From assembly GCF_009914755.1 (NCBI RefSeq), contig NC_060925.1: a stretch of 64,000 nucleotides of DNA; one strand, 5' to 3'. Shown here one piece after another: positions 54,743-64,000 of the stretch; the stretch's first letter is position 1; every line of letters begins with the position of its first letter. Both the position numbers and the translations under genes were made by a program. This DNA comes from the human T2T-CHM13v2.0 reference genome, Homo sapiens. The notes under the pieces are model-generated. The model had not been told where the DNA came from and ran no database searches. It saw nothing but the letters and a program-made list of their open reading frames with translations.

Positions 54743-55098
54743 AAAAGAAATGCAATTCTGACACCTGCTGCAACCTGGATGAAGCTTGAAGACGTTATAC
54801 TCAGTGAAATAAGCCAGACGCAAAGAGCCACACATTGTGTGATGTGCTGACTGAGGGATCTAGAATAGTCAGCTCTGGAGATGGAAAGTAGATGGTGGTT
54901 TCCAAGGGCTGGGGTGGAGGGAGGGAGAAATGGGGAGTTAGTGTTTAATGGGTACAGCGTTTCAGCTGGGGAAGATGGGTGGCAGTGATGATGGTGGCAG
55001 AGCAATGTGAATGTGCTTAATGCCACTGAACTTACACTTAAAAATGGTGAAAGTGGTACATTTTATGTTACCTATATTTTACTACAATTAAAAAAAAA
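54743..55098 (+). mobile_element. L1MB-like 3' end
   Basis: ctcagtgaaataagccagac...gtgtttaatgggtacag...gtgaatgtgcttaatgccactgaact...poly-A. Degenerate 17-bp TSD aaaaattcccagagctg / aaaaattcctggagttg. Confidence 0.9.
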
Positions 55099-55167
55099 TT
55101 CCTGGAGTTGCCTCTGTAGCTCTTCCTCAGGTATTCAGCTGGGCAGGATTGGCTGGGGTGGACGAAT

Positions 55168-55229
55168 TGTGTGTGTGTGTGTGTGTGTGCACGTGCGCGT
55201 GCGTGCGCATGCGTGTGTGTGCATGTGCA
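55168..55229. repeat. Alternating purine-pyrimidine tract (TG/CG/CA)
   Basis: 62 nt of unbroken Y/R alternation. Confidence 0.9.
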
Positions 55230-56120
55230 GGGGGTGCTGTTGGTGGCCAGAGTTCGGAAGGGCAGTTTTAGATTTAGAGCATTTTAGGACTCTGCACTTT
55301 GGAACTATGCAGGAAAAAGGAAACTGGGTCAGCAGTGGTTTCCACGTGGTAACCTTTGCATTATGCACTGAACCGGGAACGCACTTCAAATTAACACAGA
55401 GACGTGTCACGTTAGGTGCGTGTCAGCATTTTTGTAATGTATCACAAATCCTTGGCCAAGGCCATTGTTGGCCAAAGGGCAACTGCAGGGTGAGGGAGTT
55501 GGCGGGTGCCACATCTGTCAGAGTTCCCAGGGAGCCTCCTGCCCGAGGACTTCCTCGCAGGGTACCTGTCACGTAGTTTTCATTTGTTTCCGGGGGTGGG
55601 GAATGAGCTGTGGCCTGTATCCTGATGGAGTGTCTGGCGGTGTCTCGACAGTGGTAGGGAAGTCCCCAGTCTCTGCATGGAAATAGGTCTGCCCCAGATT
55701 CCAGTTATCTTTATCCTAGTTAATCCCAGAATACCACATGTCAAAGCAGGGGCAACCCACGGAGGCCACTCCTCACATCCCCTCCGTGTCTAGGAAGTTG
55801 GCCGTGGCGGGGGCACTGATGGCCTGGTGGGGTATTGTCACATACACTGGGCTCCTGATCAGAGGACATGTGAGCCTCATGTGACTTCAGTGGGCTTAGC
55901 CACCTGTTGAAATGGCAGCACCAGTCCAGGGCTCATGTCCCTGGCACAAGAGCTGAGGGTTGGCCTCCATCCCACCCCTCCTCACTTCTTGGGGCCAGGA
56001 GTGCAAGTTCCCGGTGTCCTGGAGGAGCCAAGAGGGAAGTGTTGATGTTTGTGTCTCTGATTCCTCCCTGGGTTAGACAGCTACGACCTGTGGCTCCTGC
56101 CCACCCCGCCACCCCCATGC

Positions 56121-56418
<298 letters not shown>

Positions 56419-56424
56419 CTCCCT

Positions 56425-57420
56425 TCTTTTATTTTTATAAAAATTATACGTGTACATAGTTTAGTATGTCAAATGGCCCTAAAAAACTTGTAAGAAAAGA
56501 TAGCAGCCTCTGCAGTACAGCTCAATCCTGTTTCCCAGGGGCGGCTGCTCTCTGGTCTTTTGGTTCTGATATTTACCTCCAGATTTCTAAATATGTTGAC
56601 TCTGCTGTTTCTTGATTTGTCAATTTTAGACATCATCTTCCGGCTTCCTCAGATGCTAACTGAGGATTTAGCTTTCTTACTGTGTCCACTGCCTGGCTCT
56701 TCCTTACCTGGGGGAGGGGCTGGTTAATGGAGGGAGCCAGCTTTCTGTTGGTAACTCTGAGGTTCAGCATCTCTACATTTTTTCTCTGGAACCATCCGGG
56801 TTCTCCTGAGAAGGACTGGTCGATGTGCTGCCTAGTTTGAGCTGGCCTGGCTGCTGGTGGTCTGGGAGCCAAGCAGGGCGAGGGGCTGGGAATGTCAGCA
56901 TTGGGTATGAGAGCTATCACTTAATTCTCCCAGTTTATAGCCTGTGTTTCTTGCCTCTCTTCTGCTGTTTCCGAGTTCGGAGTCTTTCCAGACTCCACCT
57001 CTTCAGAGAATCAATGTGTCTCCCGCTGGGGCAGAGGCCAGGGGGTGGTTGCCTGTCTGCTCAGTGTAGACGTGGGACCCCGGGAGGGTCTATTGCCCCC
57101 TATACAGATGTGTGAGCTCCCTCTGCTTCCCACCCCATTCCTAACTTCTGCCTTCCGTGGCACCTACTGCTTCCAATTCACGAGTCTTCTAGGGGCTTGG
57201 CAGGCGGGTTAGCGTGTTGTTCCTGGGGTCCCCTGCACGGCACTTGGGTTTTTGCTTCCTAGATTCAGCTGTGTCAGTTACCAACCCTGCATCTGCTTCC
57301 CGTCTCTCCGGAATGTGTTGGCGTCTCTTATCCACACTCGTCTCTGTTCCCCTTTGGCTTTTCCTTTGTGGATTTATATTAGTTTTCATTCCTTTACTGT
57401 CACTGGTGAAGATGAGCGAT
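56425..57420 (-). mobile_element. Old L1/HAL1-like fragments
   Basis: tttctaaata...tttcttgatttgtcaattttagacat and ...ttcctttactgtca... resemble remembered HAL1/L1M consensus pieces. Confidence 0.4.
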
Positions 57421-58694
57421 GCTTAGTCCTCCCTGTGAGCCCTGTTTCTTCCTCACTGGCCTTTGCCCAGAGTCGTGCCGAGTGGGACCCACTCCCCTTG
57501 TTTTCTCATTCTTCCTCTCTCTCCTCTTCGTTTCCTGCTCACTCTCAAGTTAACTTGCTGTTTCACTCTCTTGCTTTTTTCTCTTTTTCCAAGTCTTTTT
57601 CAGTCTGCAGAAAGAAATGCCTCAAAGTGCAGTTTGGAGGTTTCTAAGTGCGCAGCTGCTCAGGGCTGGGAAATCCTGCTGCTGACATGCACACATGCTT
57701 CTTGTGTGTGAGGCCCCAGGTGCGCAGCCCGACCCACACCAAGCCCCGGCGCTGGCCTCCTGTCCACCTTCTTAATGCACCATTCTTAGTTTAGAGCCTT
57801 TCCTGGCATTGGCACAGGGGCGTGGTGTGGCCTCTCCCTGAGCAGAATTTCAGGGATCTTGGGGACGGCCAGGGCCATCCACTATGCTGTGCATGTCCCC
57901 TAACAGTGGGATCTCGATGGCTTTTATTTTTACATGGTTCTGCATGTGTCTTCTTTGGATTTTACTGGGACAAAAGCCTTCGCGGCAGAGGCTTCGTGCC
58001 AGGGTGCCTGTGATGCACGTTGGGGTGCTCTGACACCCCAACAGGAGACTGCCCGCCCAGGGTGACCCTTGCCAGCATCTCTAAGCAGGACACCTGGCAG
58101 TGAATACTTCCGAGAATGGAAAAGCCCCCTGGCACTGTGCCCACACTGATCGATAAGTATTTGCATGCCCTGTCCGTGTCCATCGATGGTCATTTTGTTT
58201 TGTTTCTGGCGCCCCGCAGGCCCCGCAGTTTATTCTTAGCATCTTCAGCCCTGTCTCCTTGGTTTGGAGAATTAGGACTGCCTGGTATTTCTGTCACGGG
58301 CGTGGATTGGCATCTGTGGTGTTTCCTCTGGATCAATTCTGATCTAATAAATTGTTACTCGCTGCCCATGGAAAGGGAAAGGGAGTTGGCCTGCGGGCCT
58401 TGTGGCATTATGAGATAGGAAGGCGAGTTCTTGGAATAAAGGACTTTTTGCAATTCATAAGTTTCTGTGTAATGAGTAATCACCAGATCATCTGGGGGTT
58501 CTGGGCTGGAGATTCTCCCCCTGTGCTGTTTGGCTAGGAGGTATTACTGTCTTTGCTATTCTTAGATTTTCCACAGTCCTTCATTATGGAGCTTTCTAAA
58601 AAAATTAAAAATAAACCAAAAACAAAGGAAGGAAATCTTTTCTGGTTCTCCAACTCTGCTGCATATCCCACTTTCACTTGAGCTTTTGCTTTGC

Positions 58695-59090
58695 GTTGTG
58701 TGTGTGAGCTTACACACATGTATGCACATACACACACAGCACACATGTAGACACATATGTGCGTGCTGTGGCACATAGAACCATACACGTGCACATAGAT
58801 ACACAACTACACATGTACACATGACACATATGCATGAACAAATTTGTAACACACAATACATGTGTGCACACAGCACAAACACATATACACATGTACACAT
58901 GTAGGCACATACACACATATGCATGTGCCCAGGCAATACAGACACGGAGCATATACATGCACATATACACACAACTACACACATGTACACACAACACACA
59001 TGCACAAGCAAATATTCAACACATAATGCATGCATGCAGCACAGAAATACACATACATATACATACATGTACACACATGCATAAATACAC

Positions 59091-59140
<50 letters not shown>
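58695..59140. repeat. CA/TA-rich low-complexity tract ending in a perfect (CA)~24
   Basis: Read directly; pure AC run at 59092-59140. Confidence 0.92.
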
Positions 59141-59141
<1 letters not shown>

Positions 59142-60393
59142 CTTCCTGTATTGGTCACTGTTCTCTTGTAAGAAGTCTCTGGGAAAATTTTTCTTCGTTA
59201 TGTGTCTTAGCGAGTTGAAATTTTTTGGGTAGAGGAAATTTTCTCCTCGAAGAAAAAATTAATTATTCTATACTGGCTACTCCTGACCTCACCTGGCAGG
59301 GAATTTATTGTTAATTAAGCTGTTTAGTTTGAGGTGACTCTGGTGGGGAAGAGGGAGCGAGAGTCCAGGACGGGGCAGCCACGTCCGGGAGGGGAGGGTC
59401 CTGCTCTGCTGAGGACAGGGGAGCTCACTGAAGCATTGGTGGCTGGCGTTGTGACTTCCCATCACTCTCTCCACCGGGATGATCTGTAGGAATTCAGGAT
59501 CTGAGTTTTTTATTTTGGCCTTTACCTGCGATGGAATTGAATTTGCATGTAGAATGGCAGCTGGTGCCTAGGCCGAGGGATCAGAGAAGTCAGCCCACTG
59601 TCAGGTCTGGAGAACGACGTCTAGGCAGGTGATGAAATTATGGAAAGAACAAATGTATGCGCAAGGATGGAGGAGGGAAAACAGATGAGACACTTTTGCT
59701 TCTCCCCAGGAGCACAGCCTGCACCGTGAAATGTGCTATTTCCACATATTTTCACACTGAAAATCCACGGCCCTTCCACCTCCAGTGTCATGGGCTCGCT
59801 CTAATTAATTCAGTTCACCAGTGTTGGGCGATGCTGCCCTTCTGATGCTGGGGGTTGACCGTGCTCTGTTTGGGGAATGGGTGTCATCTTCTCCCTGGGT
59901 TATGAGCGAGCCCTTTTATTCCTGAGCTGCGTGACACCGAACTGTCACCTTCTTTAGTTGTTGGTTGGCACCCACTCTTCTCTTTACTCGGTGAATACCT
60001 TCCGACTGCTTCCTGTGTGCCAGGCATTGTGCTGGGCATTGGGACATAGTGGTGGTGACCAAGACAGATCATTTATAAGAATTGCAACTTTGGGGAGTGC
60101 TACAAGGGTCAAGTGCAGGGAGAGGCTGCCCCTCTAGTGCATGGGGTGGGGGAGGTTGGGCTGCCTTCCAGAGGGGCTGCGGGGTGCAGTGGGGGTTCCC
60201 AGCGGGGTGGGGGGTACCCTTGAACAGGGTACCTACCTGAGTAGCTATTATTAACACCCTTGCCTGGTTGCCCTAGGGATGGACAATGAACTGGAAGTCC
60301 AAGGGTGAAAGTAGAAAGAACCCGGGAGTGCTCACATGCCAATGTAGATTCCATTTTACGGATGGGAGGACTGAGGCACCGTCTGTCTGAGAG

Positions 60394-61431
60394 GCACATA
60401 TACACACAACTACACACATGCACACACAACACACACATATATACACAACTACACACGTACACACAACTACACACGCACACACACAGCACACACACCTACA
60501 CACACTACACACATGCACACACAACTACACACATGTACACAACACACACTACACACGTACACACAACACAGATACACACTACACACGTACACACAACACA
60601 CAACTACACACATGTACACACTACACACATACACACAACACAACTACACACATGTACACACAACACACATGTACACAACTACACACACGCACACACAACT
60701 ACACACACGCACACACAACACAACACATGTACACGCAACTACACACATGCACACAACAGATACAACTACACATATGTATACATGACACACATGTACACAC
60801 CACACATGTACACACAATACATTACACACATGCACACACAACACACATAACTACACGTACATACAACGCACATATACATACAACTACACACATGCACACA
60901 CAACTACACACATGTACACACAACACACATATACACACACACAACTACACACATGTACACACAACACACAACTACACGCGCACTCACACATACACACAAC
61001 TACACACATACAGCACACACGTACATACAACTACACACACGCACACACAACACACAACTACACACATGAACACAACACACTACACACATGTACACACTAC
61101 ATATGCATACAACACACACAACTACACAGATGTACACACTACACAGATGTACACACAACACACATACACAACTACACACATGTACACACAACACACATAA
61201 CTACACACGTACACACAACACACATATGCATACAACTACACACATATACACACAACACACATGCACACACAACTACACACATGTACACACAACACAACTA
61301 CACACGTGTACACACAACACACATACACACAACTACATACATGCACACAAAACAAATATTCAACACAATGCATGCATGCAGCACAGAAACACACACATAT
61401 ACATACATGTACACACATGCATAAATACTCA

Positions 61432-61462
<31 letters not shown>
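60394..61462. repeat. ~1.07 kb CA-rich VNTR built from variants of cacaactacacacatgtacaca
   Basis: Recurring modules acaactacacac, catgtacac and caacacac. Confidence 0.93.
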
Positions 61463-62730
61463 GCTTCCTGTGTTGGTCACTGTTCTCTTGTAAGAAGTCT
61501 CTGGGAAAATTTTTGACTTATCCTTGTCCTGTTAGCTGCTGTCAGCAAAGACGCCGTGGAGTCTGACCTTCTGAGTGTGGAGAGCCAGAGGAGCTCTGGG
61601 GGAACTGGATCCCCAGAGGCTCCAAGCACCAAGCTTTGGTTCCCCTTGAATGCCAGCTGCTCAGATTTGGCTGATGTCAGACCCACCTGTCCCAGTGTCC
61701 CCTAGCACTGTGCTCCTTTTAAACTTTCTCCCACTCCCATCTCTGTGTGCTCAGCCCCTCCCCTTCCAATCAGACTGTCAACTGAGGCTTCAGGAGAGAA
61801 AGTGGTCTCCAGGGACAAGGGGTCGTGCTGGCTGTGGCAGCTTCACATCACGGGCCCATTTACATGTGAGAAAACTGTTATTGATGATGATGATGGTGAC
61901 GGATAATGGAGAGACTGCATGGGGGGAATTATTCTTAGATATAATTGCCAAACTTTGAATTCTTTTTTAGCTGTGATACAGAATTCCAAGGTGAGAAAAA
62001 AAATCTCTCCCTTCACTTTATGAGTAAGTGATTTGGTTCTGCTCCTTCTAGAAAAATTCCAGCCTTAACCCCATCTATCCCATCAGTGTGTGTCTGGGAA
62101 TATCTCTAGTTACGCCATTTCTCTGGTGCTTAATTTCTTTACCCAGTGCCAGAGGGTCTGCAAGGATATGTATGAGTTTTGCAGTTTATTAATTTTGCAT
62201 TAAATAATTAATAGTAAAGTTAATTGATGAATTATTCAATTTTCAGGTAAAATGGGATGATAAATATTCATAACTTATTTTATTAAGGGAATTTCCATTT
62301 CTTATGTCATTAAATCTAGATTAACAAAGGCTGATTTTAAATGAAGATTGAAAACAATTGTGTTTTGGAATTAATTTACCAAGTTAAGGTCATTGCTTTG
62401 TGAGTTTACCCCCTGCCAGAAAGTTCGGGCTTATCATCTGGAAAGGTATCTGAATTCGCAGAAGTCACATTGCCATCAGTTAGGAGAATTCCCCAGATCT
62501 GCTGGGAACTTCCCATGAAGGGCATGACAGGCCCACGGTGGGGTGGCTCGGAGGCAGAGGCGGATCTGCGGCCTTTTCCTCCGTTCCACTGAGCACTGGG
62601 CTGTTGCTTTGAGCTGTTTGTTGTCTTCTCAGGAATTGGAACACAGTTTATTATTAACATTAGTTCATACATCCCAGGGAAGGAATGATAAGGTGCATAT
62701 GCCTCAAAGTTGATTTTAAAATAACTTTGG

Positions 62731-63021
62731 GGCCAGACACAATGGCTCACACCTGTAATCTCAGCACTTTGGGAGACTGAAGTGGGCAGATCACTTGAGC
62801 CCAGGAGTTTGAGACCAGCCTGGGTAATATAGTGAGACCACCGTCTCTACAAAAATACAAAAATTAGCTGGGCATGGTGGTGCACCTGTGGTCCCAGCTA
62901 CTCGAGAGGCTGAAGTGGGAGGATCACCTGAGCCCAGGAGGTTAAGGCTGCAGTGAGCCGAGATCACGCACCGTACTCCAGCCTGGGTGACAGAGTGAGA
63001 CCATGTCTCAAAAAAAAAAAA
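62731..63021 (+). mobile_element. Alu (AluJ-like)
   Basis: ggccagacacaatggctcacacctgtaatc...gaggatcacctgagcccaggaggttaaggctgcagtgag...poly-A. Confidence 0.95.
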
Positions 63022-63309
63022 GGGTTTCCCCAGAGTTTTAGGAGGTGTATGAAATGATTTCCTATCCACTAATGCTCTTAGTCAAGGGTTAACTACAGTT
63101 TCAGTTTTTATCTGTGTTTTCTAGTTATCTTATTTCTTTTAGACCTGGTTTATGTTAATTTGTAAAACTGCTTAGATCACAGACCCACAGAGTGGTGGTG
63201 AGAAGTTTCTGAGTATCTTACAGGCTGCTTACAACTTGCAAAACCCTTCAGATCTGGGATCTCAATCCTTTTAACAACCTGCAAAGTAGGTAATGCCTGG
63301 GGATACACT

Positions 63310-63457
63310 GAGGGAGGGAGGAAGGGAGAGAGAGAGAGAGAGAAAGAAAGAAGGAGAAGAAGGAGGAGGAGGAGGAGACGAAAGAGGAGGATGAGGAGGA
63401 AATAGAGGAAGAAGAGGGAGCAAAAGAGAGGGAGGGAGATGGAGGGAGAAAGAAAGA
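63310..63457. repeat. Polypurine (GA/GGA) tract
   Basis: About 150 nt that is almost purely A/G. Confidence 0.9.
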
Positions 63458-63514
63458 TCCAGAGTAAGCCACATCTCACATTCAGTTTTCTTTCTCCTGT
63501 CCGGCCACTTCCCT

Positions 63515-63612
63515 CCACTCACGGATGAGGAAACTGAGACCCAGAAATTATGTGACTTACCCAAGGTCACTTCAGCTAATTAGGTACAGAAGTTGGGACC
63601 AGAGCCCAGCTC
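63515..63612 (-). mobile_element. MIR core
   Basis: gatgaggaaactgagacccaga...gtgacttacccaaggtcac. Confidence 0.8.
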
Positions 63613-64000
63613 TTTCTTTTTCACATTTGAGTGCTTTTTTCAACTTCGGTGTCTTTCTTAGCGCTTTAAAATAATTTTTAACCGCCCCCGAGTAGTGGAG
63701 CGCTTGGGAGTATTTATAGCCCCGTGGAACCGCGTTTCTCTGCTTCACCAAGTGTTCATTATAATTTTCCAGTGAAACTTGTTTGCTCTGAGGAAGTTGA
63801 TCCTACGGTAGGCCTTCATTTCAGAGGAGAGCATTTGATGTTGCATCTCATGAACCTGCTCTCCTAAAATTATCCCTAATTGGCTTGGAAAGTGGCTTCC
63901 AACAAGCAGATGGCTTAATATCTTGACTTTCTGGTGTGACTCAGGGAGGCACCAGGATTAGATCTGGCTTGAGATAGTGGTCTTGTTATTTGGAGGATGA

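Noticed and set aside
58534-61566. Long His/Thr- and Cys/Val-rich ORFs (up to 260 aa)
   Set aside because: Translations of CA/TG low-complexity repeats; no splice or codon evidence for a gene.

Overview
Primate (almost certainly human) genomic DNA from inside the very large neuronal gene CAMTA1 (1p36), + strand. The only coding sequence I can support is one 68-nt exon at 48372-48439. It encodes EIAAYLITFEKHEEWLTTSPKT(R), part of the CG-1 DNA-binding domain (exon 4 in the usual numbering, from memory), and the ORF track misses it. The rest is intron: 9 Alus, L1/L2/MIR relics, MaLR and ERVL LTRs, hAT DNA transposons, micro- and minisatellites, and several repeat-free blocks that look regulatory. 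The ORFs in the supplied track look spurious. I found no convincing new protein-coding system. Best leads: (1) a candidate recursive-splice/poison-exon site at 18085/18086; (2) a near-consensus REST/RE1 site at 32578 and a weaker one at 3473; (3) a local templated duplication whose copy appears to have landed in a MIR and expanded into a ~1 kb CA-rich VNTR; (4) a CpG patch, CTCF site and enhancer-like block at 27-28.7 kb; (5) direct and inverted repeats flanking the frameshifting exon. Repeat subfamily names come from remembered consensus sequences and their boundaries are approximate.
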